Source: a bacterium (GTDB lineage Bacteria > Zhuqueibacterota > Zhuqueibacteria > Oceanimicrobiales > Oceanimicrobiaceae). Taken from it: DNA of 18,126 nt. The notes below the pieces were generated by a model, which had not been told where the DNA came from, did no database searches, and saw nothing but the letters and a program-made list of their open reading frames with translations. Position numbers and translations under genes: made by a program. Location: assembly GCA_046757025.1 (NCBI GenBank), contig JBHHXN010000110.1, positions 1 to 18,126 of the forward strand, given 5' to 3'. The first letter of the stretch is position 1, and each line of letters begins with the position of its first letter. This document shows positions 8,227 through 15,688 of this stretch, piece by piece.

Positions 8227-8322
8227 GTCATTGCGATTCCGGCGTTTTGTGCGGGACGAAGCAATCTCCTGCCGTGCCCTAATACGGAGATTGCTTTCCC
8301 GAAAATCGGGACTCGCAATGAC
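8227..8322. repeat. Multi-stem palindromic element (GTCATTGCGA...AAGCAATCTCC...GGAGATTGCTT...TCGCAATGAC), RPE/MITE-like
   Basis: Perfect outer inverted repeat 8227-8236/8313-8322, perfect inner inverted repeat 8259-8269/8286-8296, and a small hairpin CCCGA-AAA-TCGGG at 8298-8310. Confidence 0.8.
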
Positions 8323-8360
8323 TTCATTCTCATTGATTTCTTTAGTTTTCGTTCAGACAC

Positions 8361-8389
8361 AATTTAGCTAAAGCGCTAAAAATGAGCAA
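8361..8389 (-). promoter_or_regulatory. Putative sigma70 promoter of rlmN
   Basis: Minus strand TTGCTC-N17-TAAATT. Confidence 0.5.
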
Positions 8390-8398
8390 GCAAAATCA

Positions 8399-8427
8399 TT
8401 GACATTTGGCGGCGAATTACCTATTTT
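8399..8427 (+). promoter_or_regulatory. Putative sigma70 promoter of the moxR operon, back-to-back with the rlmN promoter
   Basis: TTGACA-N17-TATTTT, with SD GGAGG just before ATG 8506. Confidence 0.6.
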
Positions 8428-8505
8428 GCTCGTCACGAAATCAATTGCGTAGTAATAACCTAAAGTAAAATAAGTGAACAACTGTGGTAATTAATTGGAG
8501 GTTGT

Positions 8506-9510
8506 ATGGCAAAAAACGCCGTGGCAGGCCAGGATTTAGAAGTCGTGAAACAACTGGGTGCAGCTCATGACAAAATCGCATCTGAGATAAGCAAAATCAT
8601 CGTAGGGCAGAAAAGCATTATCGAAGAGCTGCTGATTTCCTTGTTAGCGCAGGGGCACTGTTTGTTGATCGGGGTGCCCGGATTAGCCAAAACCCTGCTC
8701 ATCAGTACCCTGGCAAAGGTTTTGGATTTAAAATTTAACCGCATTCAATTCACGCCGGATTTGATGCCATCGGATATCACGGGTACAGAAATCATTGAGG
8801 AAGACACTTCCACCGGACACAAGGCGTTTAAATTTGTGAAAGGCCCGGTATTCGCAAACATCGTGCTGGCCGATGAAATTAACCGCACTCCGCCCAAAAC
8901 CCAGGCGGCGCTTCTGCAAGCCATGCAGGAGCACGAGGTGACGGCAGCCGGTACTACCTACAAATTAGAAGAACCGTTTTTTGTGCTGGCGACTCAAAAT
9001 CCCATCGAGCAGGAAGGCACCTACCCGCTGCCAGAAGCGCAATTGGATCGATTTATGTTTAACCTGTGGGTAGATTACCCGAGCTTCGAAGAGGAAGCCG
9101 AAATCGTTAAGTCCACCACCAGCGCTTACCAGGCCGACTTGAATATGATTTTAAAGGCCGATGAAATAATGAATTTACAAAAACTGGTACGGCGGGTACC
9201 CGTTGCTGATAACGTCATCGAATATGCGGTGAAACTGGTTCGCTGTACGCGTCCGGATTACGACGGCGCCCCCGCGTTTATTCGGGATTGGATCAACTGG
9301 GGCGCCGGGCCGCGTGCTTCTCAATATTTAATTTTAGGCGCCAAAACCCGCGCCATTTTAAACGGACGTCCCACGCCTGAAATTGCCGATGTCACTGCCG
9401 TGGCCAAACCCGTTTTACGGCATCGACTGGTAACCAATTTTAACGCTGAAGCGGAACACATCGGCACGGTGGACATTGTGGAGCGACTGCTTGAAAACGG
9501 AGTTAAGTAG
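8506..9510 (+). CDS. moxR: MoxR-family AAA+ ATPase
   Basis: Walker A GVPGLAKT, RIQFTPDLMPSDITG, Walker B LADEINR, ATQNPIEQEGTYPLPEAQLDRF. Confidence 0.96.
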   Translation: MAKNAVAGQDLEVVKQLGAAHDKIASEISKIIVGQKSIIEELLISLLAQGHCLLIGVPGLAKTLLISTLAKVLDLKFNRIQFTPDLMPSDITGTEIIEEDTSTGHKAFKFVKGPVFANIVLADEINRTPPKTQAALLQAMQEHEVTAAGTTYKLEEPFFVLATQNPIEQEGTYPLPEAQLDRFMFNLWVDYPSFEEEAEIVKSTTSAYQADLNMILKADEIMNLQKLVRRVPVADNVIEYAVKLVRCTRPDYDGAPAFIRDWINWGAGPRASQYLILGAKTRAILNGRPTPEIADVTAVAKPVLRHRLVTNFNAEAEHIGTVDIVERLLENGVK

Positions 9511-10422
9511 GTGGCTGAAAAACGGTCATTAGATTATCGCAAATATTTAAACCCGGAGGTGGTGTCCAAACTCTCTTCCATGGATTTGCGGGCGCGATTG
9601 GTGGTGGAAGGGTTTATTACCGGACTGCACAAAAGCCCGTACCACGGATTCAGCGTCGAGTTTGCCGAACATCGCCAATACATGCCCGGCGACGAGATCA
9701 AACATGTGGACTGGAAGGTTTATGGCAAAACTGACCGTTTTTACGTAAAGCAATTTGAAGAGGAAACCAACTTAAAATCCTACATTTTGATGGATGCTTC
9801 CGCGTCCATGGGATATTCTTCCAATAATCTGAATAAACTGGAGTACGCTTCCTATCTGGCCGGCGCCCTGACCTATCTGATGATCCGCCAGCGGGATGCC
9901 GTGGGGTTGTTGACTTTTGATGAAAAGATTCGTCGCTATTTGCCACCGCGCTCAGTTACCACATATTTGCATCAGATTTTAAAAGAATTGGATGCAACCA
10001 AAAGCAGTTCAAAAACCAATATTTCGGCCGCCCTGCATCAAATGGCGGAACGGATCAAACGGAGGGGGTTGATCATTTTGTTGTCCGACCTGTTTGATGA
10101 GCCGCAAAAAGTGATCTCCGGACTCAAACATTTTCGTCACCGAAAACATGAAATCATCGTGTTTCATGTCCTCGATCCCATGGAATTGACATTTGAATTT
10201 AAACAGGATGCGGTATTTAAAGATGTGGAAACCGGCGAAGAGATCAACACGCAGCCATGGCACATTCGGCGGGAGTACCAGGAACAAGTGAAACAATTTG
10301 TGGAAAACTATAAAAAAGTATGTCGGGAAAACCAGATCGATTACGTCACGCTCAGCACCGAGGAGCCGTATGATCGGGCGCTGATCAAGTATTTGTTAAA
10401 GCGCAAACGCGTGGGCGGTTAA
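9511..10422 (+). CDS. DUF58 domain protein (MoxR-associated, vWA-like)
   Basis: GLHKSPYHGFSVEFAEHRQYMPGD, DWKVYGKTD, YVKQFEEETN, MIDAS-like DASASM and LSD. GTG start directly follows the moxR TAG. Confidence 0.94.
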   Translation: MAEKRSLDYRKYLNPEVVSKLSSMDLRARLVVEGFITGLHKSPYHGFSVEFAEHRQYMPGDEIKHVDWKVYGKTDRFYVKQFEEETNLKSYILMDASASMGYSSNNLNKLEYASYLAGALTYLMIRQRDAVGLLTFDEKIRRYLPPRSVTTYLHQILKELDATKSSSKTNISAALHQMAERIKRRGLIILLSDLFDEPQKVISGLKHFRHRKHEIIVFHVLDPMELTFEFKQDAVFKDVETGEEINTQPWHIRREYQEQVKQFVENYKKVCRENQIDYVTLSTEEPYDRALIKYLLKRKRVGG

Positions 10423-10656
10423 ATTAGAAAGGGCATTATCGTGAAAGAGTTTTGATGTTTGTCTGCGATGCAAGTTGCCCACACTCCTCAAGAATTGACA
10501 ATGCCCTTCCTTCTTTCCATCCTCTTGAGACTTTGATTTCTAAATACCACTCAATGCTGCATTTTGGAGAAAAAAAGCCTGCTTTCAGTGAAATATTTTA
10601 TCACAAAACTCGAATCTCCGGTCACGCAAAGGAATGGTAAGTTGAAAAAAACGAAC

Positions 10657-10693
10657 AAAAAAAAAGCCGTCAGGATGATTGCCTGACGGCTTT
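10657..10693 (-). terminator. Rho-independent terminator of the slt gene
   Basis: GCCGTCAGG-ATGATTG-CCTGACGGC stem. The A9 run at 10657-10665 gives a U-tract on the minus strand. Confidence 0.85.
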
Positions 10694-10741
10694 GATTACG
10701 GAGAAATAGCGAAAATGCTTAGTACGAAAAAGTGTTCATGA

Positions 10742-11398
10742 CTACAGGGCAAATTTTTTATATTCAGCATATAGTTTTAAAACAAACGGGATGTAATCCT
10801 GGGTTTCTGCCCACAAGATACCATCGGCTTTATTTTTAGCCAACCACAATTCAACGCGTTTGGCGCCGCCGTTGTAGGCAGCCAAACCGCCTTCCACGTC
10901 ATAAGTTTCAACTAAAGCGGATAAATAACGGGTTCCTAAACGAATATTGTAGATCGGATTGAATAAAATTTCTTCAGCGGTGGTCCACTTGATGCCTTCG
11001 TATTTTGCCAGCCATTTTCCGGTGTTGGGCATGATTTGCATCAACCCCATGGCGCCGGCATTGGAAATCACTCTCGGGTTCCAGGCTCGGCCGCTTTCGT
11101 GGGTGATGGTGGCGCAAATCAAGTTTACATCCAGATTGGGATATTTCAGACTCATTCTATAAATTTCTTTGGCTATTTTACGCTTCATGTTCAGCGGCAT
11201 ATATGGATTGTACCGCTCTATGATCTGGATGATTTTTTGTTCAGTTGACTGTCTTTCTTGATCAATTTGCATGATCGAGCGCAACGTGTTGAAATCTTGT
11301 TCTAATGCGCCAATTCTTTCAAGTCCGCTATCCGATTGGCGAATGAAAAAGTTTAACGAAAACAGTCCCATCAGAATTGGAATAATTATGGATTTCAT
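10742..11398 (-). CDS. Lytic transglycosylase (SLT domain) with N-terminal signal/anchor and coiled coil
   Basis: Catalytic ES in ATITHESG, GAMGLMQIMP, NIRLGTRYL, AAYNGG and ETQDYI. GAGG SD upstream. Confidence 0.93.
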   Translation of the reverse strand: MKSIIIPILMGLFSLNFFIRQSDSGLERIGALEQDFNTLRSIMQIDQERQSTEQKIIQIIERYNPYMPLNMKRKIAKEIYRMSLKYPNLDVNLICATITHESGRAWNPRVISNAGAMGLMQIMPNTGKWLAKYEGIKWTTAEEILFNPIYNIRLGTRYLSALVETYDVEGGLAAYNGGAKRVELWLAKNKADGILWAETQDYIPFVLKLYAEYKKFAL

Positions 11399-11550
11399 CT
11401 TTCCCTCATTTCACTTTGGTTCATTAATCTATAGACATGTGAATTTTGTGATTACTCTCAATATTGTTACTTACCTGATTTCGCATTAAATGTTGATTTT
11501 TTAGTTGCTTCATTTATCAATCTCGACTTTTCATTTTCGCTGATTGATGA

Positions 11551-11566
11551 TACAATTTGCGTACCA
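11551..11566 (-). promoter_or_regulatory. Putative sigma54 (-24/-12) promoter upstream of slt
   Basis: Minus strand TGGTACG-CAAA-TTGTA versus consensus TGGCACG-N4-TTGCW (2 mismatches, correct spacing). Confidence 0.45.
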
Positions 11567-11667
11567 AAAATATATTCGTGATTATTAAGAACATTTAATT
11601 CTTTAATAATATTGAACATATCTCATAATGTAAAACAGAATTTATGGATATTATATTTCCAATTTTT

Positions 11668-11702
11668 TGTAAATTCGAAATACATTGTGCCAAAAAGGTA
11701 CA
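11668..11702. promoter_or_regulatory. Tandem TGT-N11-ACA dyads (candidate enhancer-binding-protein sites)
   Basis: TGTAAATTCGAAATACA (11668-11684) and TGTGCCAAAAAGGTACA (11686-11702), about 100-135 bp upstream of the sigma54-like site. Confidence 0.35.
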
Positions 11703-11837
11703 CGATTGTCCTGTTTAGTTCATATAATAATTGTCGAGTTTTTTTTAGGAATTAAAGAAACAGAGGTGTTTCAGAATGAAAAAAAAAGAATAAAATTGGT
11801 AGAAAGTGAACAAAATTGCCGGCAGAGGGGGGAACTT

Positions 11838-12212
11838 TTATGGCATGGGTTGTACTTCTAATTTGAAGTCCGAAACCGCCTCTTCAATGGTTTTGTAGGC
11901 TTTTAAAAACCAGAAAAATTCCAGTAATTTATAAACCTCAAATACATTGGGGTGCATCTGGGCTAATTTCAAATCGCCGTTGTGGTCGCGCAGCTCTTTG
12001 ATAGTATTCAAAAATATGCTCCAAGCCATACTGCCGATGTATTCCACTTCGTCTAAATCCAAAATGATCTTATAACATTTGGAATTCTTGACCGTGTCCA
12101 GCGTACTTTCCAGTGCCTCCGCAGTGATGACGTCCAGGTAACCCCGAACTTTAACGATGGTAATTTTATTAAGAGCAGATATGTCCGTAGCCTTGATTTC
12201 TGGGGAATTCAT
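11838..12212 (-). CDS. STAS-domain anti-sigma-factor antagonist (SpoIIAA/RsbV-like)
   Basis: VRGYLDVITA, IILDLDEVEYIGS, GDLKLAQMHPNVFEVYKLL; 124 aa. Confidence 0.9.
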   Translation of the reverse strand: MNSPEIKATDISALNKITIVKVRGYLDVITAEALESTLDTVKNSKCYKIILDLDEVEYIGSMAWSIFLNTIKELRDHNGDLKLAQMHPNVFEVYKLLEFFWFLKAYKTIEEAVSDFKLEVQPMP

Positions 12213-12433
12213 AAAAGTGCAATTTTGGGTCGTTTATTATAGGTACTGACAATTGCTTTGGATTGCGTGCAGTTTATTGTCGGATTTCTGCCCGATAATA
12301 AAAAAACGCGATTATTTGCATAAATTCTGAAGAGCGGTGCCTTTTTTGGTGGGTTGGCTACGGACAATTCTGCAGAAAAGTAATTTGATTATCTGAATGT
12401 CTCAGAAGGGTTTGTCAATAATGGATTAAAAAC

Positions 12434-12462
12434 TTGCTTATTTCTGATGCAATTCTTATTTT
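12434..12462 (+). promoter_or_regulatory. Putative sigma70 promoter of the oxidoreductase
   Basis: TTGCTT-N17-TATTTT, with SD AGGAG before ATG 12520. Confidence 0.45.
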
Positions 12463-12519
12463 TTTCAGTATTTTATTATTGAACTTATTGGACACTTGAA
12501 ATAACCAAATAGGAGCAAA

Positions 12520-13458
12520 ATGACCTCAGAAATCTATGATACACTGATCGTAGGCGGCGGCCCGGCAGGTTTGTCCGCGGCCATTCACCTGGCCTGGCAT
12601 GACCGCAAAGTGGCGGTGCTGGACCGCAAAACCGGCCCGCTTTTTTTTACGCTGGAGGAATTACAAAATGTCCCTGGCATGCCGGCCGTCAGAGGGACGG
12701 AATTGCAAAAGCGGTTAAAAGAGCAAGCTGAAAACCTGGGTGCGGAAGTGGTCAAAGCAAATATTGTCACCGCCGAAGGGGAGGAAGGCAGGTTCATTTT
12801 GCAGAGTGATACCGGCGAAGAATGGCTGGGCAAAACCGTTTTGCTTGCCACCGGCGTGTCAAGATACCACCCCACCGTGGATGGCGACTTCACACCTTGT
12901 TTTGCTTACGCCGGGAAAGGCAACATGTTTTACTGTCCCGACTGCGAAGCGCCTGAAATTAAAAACAAAGATACCATCGTCATCGGCGCCGGGCCGGCAG
13001 ATTGGGCAGGGGGTATGGCCATCGGGCTTAGCAGATACACACCAAAACTGCGTGTTCTGTTGACAGAAGACGCCCACATGTCTTCCGAACGCTCTCAACA
13101 GTTGGCTTCCAAAAGGATTCCTGTAATTCAGGGAAAAATTAAAAAACTGCTTGGTAAAAAGGGCCTTCTTTCTGCTTTGGTTTTGGAAGACGATCAGTCG
13201 TTGTCTGCCGAGGCCTTTTTTGTGTCCAGTCCTGTACGGGGACGTACAGACCTGTCGCAACAGTTGGGAGTTGAGATGGCGGTGACTGGCAATCATGCCC
13301 AGCCAAAATCGCAGCGCGGAGACACCAACGTGCCCGGCGTCTGGATTGCAGGTGATTTGCGCCCAATGACCCAACAGGTTTCCGTGGCAATGGGCACGGG
13401 GAACATCGCGGCCGTCATGATCGATCAACATCTTCGAAAAAAACAAGTCCTCTCTTAG
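12520..13458 (+). CDS. Thioredoxin-reductase-like NAD(P)/FAD-dependent oxidoreductase
   Basis: GGGPAGLSAA FAD motif, LLATG, redox CPDC and TNVPGVWIAGD. Confidence 0.9.
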   Translation: MTSEIYDTLIVGGGPAGLSAAIHLAWHDRKVAVLDRKTGPLFFTLEELQNVPGMPAVRGTELQKRLKEQAENLGAEVVKANIVTAEGEEGRFILQSDTGEEWLGKTVLLATGVSRYHPTVDGDFTPCFAYAGKGNMFYCPDCEAPEIKNKDTIVIGAGPADWAGGMAIGLSRYTPKLRVLLTEDAHMSSERSQQLASKRIPVIQGKIKKLLGKKGLLSALVLEDDQSLSAEAFFVSSPVRGRTDLSQQLGVEMAVTGNHAQPKSQRGDTNVPGVWIAGDLRPMTQQVSVAMGTGNIAAVMIDQHLRKKQVLS

Positions 13459-13693
13459 CACAGTTTTTGCACTGCATCCAATTTACGTAGCTCGATGAAG
13501 ATTGAAGTGTATTGAAATCGGACAATGTAAAAAGGTAACGATAATTAAATTGTAGTGCAGTTTTCTTTTTTAACTCCCATATTTTAAGCACGTTATCTTA
13601 CGCTCGATTACCTTTTTAAAACAATTATTTTAAAAATTTCACTTTTTCAAATTAATACAAATTTTTGAATTTGGCTTGTTTATTTTTGTACAG

Positions 13694-15676
13694 ATGGTCG
13701 AAAATCATACACTGCTTGAGAAAAAGATTCTCAATTTTTTGAGAAGATGCTGGTCATACTTTGCAAAAACTTTGTTATGGCTGTGGCTGATGGTGTTTTT
13801 TACGGTACTAAATTTAGTCGATGTCTCTGCCCAGGAGCTGTTTGCGGTTCACGATCGAATCAACAAAACTTTTTTGTATGATACCGGACTGAAAAACAGC
13901 CAGGAATTGCAGATATTGGCAGACTGGTATTTTAATGAAGCCATGCAGAATTTTCATGTTCCGGGCGCCGTCATCGCCATCGTGAAGGACAACTCGATTC
14001 TATTAAAGAAAGGATACGGTTTCAGCAACCTCGAATCGCATGTAACCGTGTCTCCAGAAGAAACCCGGTTTAGAGTGGGTTCCATCACAAAACTTGTGAC
14101 GGCTACCGCGGTGATGCAGCTGATTGAAAGAAAACAGCTCAATTTAGAAGACAAAGTGAATGACTATTTGCAGCATTTCAAAATTAAAAATCCGTTTCCA
14201 CATCCCGTCCGCGTGAAACATTTGTTAACCCATTCTGCCGGATTTGATCATCACCAGAGCGGCAAGCACGCAAGAAATGTCCGGGAGCTCAAACCTTTGC
14301 GGGAATTCCTTAAAAAACAGCTGCCGCAGATCGTGTTTAATCCCGGTGAATATGTCAGCTATTCAAATTATGGTATCTCCCTGGCGGGGTATCTGGTGGA
14401 GGAAATTTCCGGCCAGGATTTTTCACAATATGTCAATGAAAATATCTTTTTGCCTCTCGAGATGTCCCACAGCGGTTTCAATTTACCTGAGGACTCCGAG
14501 AGCAACCTGGCGGTGGGCTATAAATTTATGGACGGCTATTTTCATCGTTTCCCGGTTGACTATTTAAATCATGTGCCGGCCGGTGCTTTACTAACCACTG
14601 CGGAAGATATGGCGCATTTCATGATCGCTCACTTGCAGGAGGGGCGATATTTCGAACAACGCATTTTGCAGGAAGCGACCATTGAGGAAATGCACCGTCC
14701 GCAATTTCGCGCGCACGCGCAGATGCCGGGTTGGTGCTACGGTTTTTATGAGGACATTCAAAATGGTCAACGCGCTATTATGCACAGCGGTTTCAGTCGG
14801 GGATTTTCCAGTCTGCTTTATTTAATCCCGGATGAAAAAATCGGCATTTTTATGTCTGGTAACTGCAATAATTCTGAAATATTTCAAAATTTTGTGCGGG
14901 TCTTTTTGGATCGATATTTCCCGGCCAGCCCACCAACCGTGCAAACGGTTGCGCCGAATGCTTCACCAGACAATTATGCACGATTTACCGGCAAGTACCA
15001 ATTTAATAATCTTCCCAAATTCAACATCGCCCGGCTGTCGAATTTGTTGGAGCACCGACAGGAAATCCGGGTTTACGCGGAAGCCGGCGGAATTCTGAAA
15101 GTCTATTTACCTTCTGGAACCAAAAGAATCCTGGAAGTGCAGCCGCTGTTGTTCAAAATATTGGATGAAGAAGGATATATCGCTTTTCGTGAAAACGACC
15201 GAGGTGAAATCACCCACATGTTCATCCATTCCGACAAACCGTTGACGCTGGATAAATTAACCTGGTGGGATGCCATTTCGTTTCAGCTAAATTTTTTAAG
15301 AGCATTTTATGTTGTTTTCACACTCTCCATTTTTCTTTTTCTTTTCTTCTTTCTGAAAAATAAACCGGCGCTTAAATTACCGTATTTACTGGGCCTGCTG
15401 ATTTGCACGTGCAATTTGCTCTTTTTATTTGGGCTGGATGAATTCTTTCGCAGCGGTACTTTGCGATATGGAGTCTCTACTCCGTTGATCGTTTTACTTT
15501 GCCTGGCGTTGATTTCAGTGGTTTTATCGGCTGGCATGCCTTTAATCACCATTTTTATTTTGAAAACTCCGCGATTTTCCTTGCTTCAAAAACTTCATTT
15601 CTCTTTATTTACTTTCAGCACGATGCTTTTCATTTCCTTTTTAAATTATTGGAACCTCATCGGATTTAATTTTTAA
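13694..15676 (+). CDS. Beta-lactamase-fold (AmpC/PBP-like) serine hydrolase with C-terminal transmembrane helices
   Basis: SxxK (GSITK), LLTHSAG, YxN (YSN) and HSG motifs. N-terminal signal/TM segment and 3-4 hydrophobic C-terminal segments. Start ATG 13694 or TTG 13676. Confidence 0.9.
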   Translation: MVENHTLLEKKILNFLRRCWSYFAKTLLWLWLMVFFTVLNLVDVSAQELFAVHDRINKTFLYDTGLKNSQELQILADWYFNEAMQNFHVPGAVIAIVKDNSILLKKGYGFSNLESHVTVSPEETRFRVGSITKLVTATAVMQLIERKQLNLEDKVNDYLQHFKIKNPFPHPVRVKHLLTHSAGFDHHQSGKHARNVRELKPLREFLKKQLPQIVFNPGEYVSYSNYGISLAGYLVEEISGQDFSQYVNENIFLPLEMSHSGFNLPEDSESNLAVGYKFMDGYFHRFPVDYLNHVPAGALLTTAEDMAHFMIAHLQEGRYFEQRILQEATIEEMHRPQFRAHAQMPGWCYGFYEDIQNGQRAIMHSGFSRGFSSLLYLIPDEKIGIFMSGNCNNSEIFQNFVRVFLDRYFPASPPTVQTVAPNASPDNYARFTGKYQFNNLPKFNIARLSNLLEHRQEIRVYAEAGGILKVYLPSGTKRILEVQPLLFKILDEEGYIAFRENDRGEITHMFIHSDKPLTLDKLTWWDAISFQLNFLRAFYVVFTLSIFLFLFFFLKNKPALKLPYLLGLLICTCNLLFLFGLDEFFRSGTLRYGVSTPLIVLLCLALISVVLSAGMPLITIFILKTPRFSLLQKLHFSLFTFSTMLFISFLNYWNLIGFNF

Positions 15677-15688
15677 TTTGTATTTGTC

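Noticed and set aside
8133..8360. 75-aa ORF upstream of rlmN
   Set aside because: Mostly a translation of the palindromic repeat, with no protein features.
11620..11650. dif-like CATAATGTA
   Set aside because: The XerD arm (TTATGTTAAAT) is absent at the required spacing.
12273..12302. Hairpin TTTATTGTCGG/CCGATAATAAA upstream of the STAS gene
   Set aside because: No downstream U-tract on either strand, an AT-rich stem, and no riboswitch motifs.
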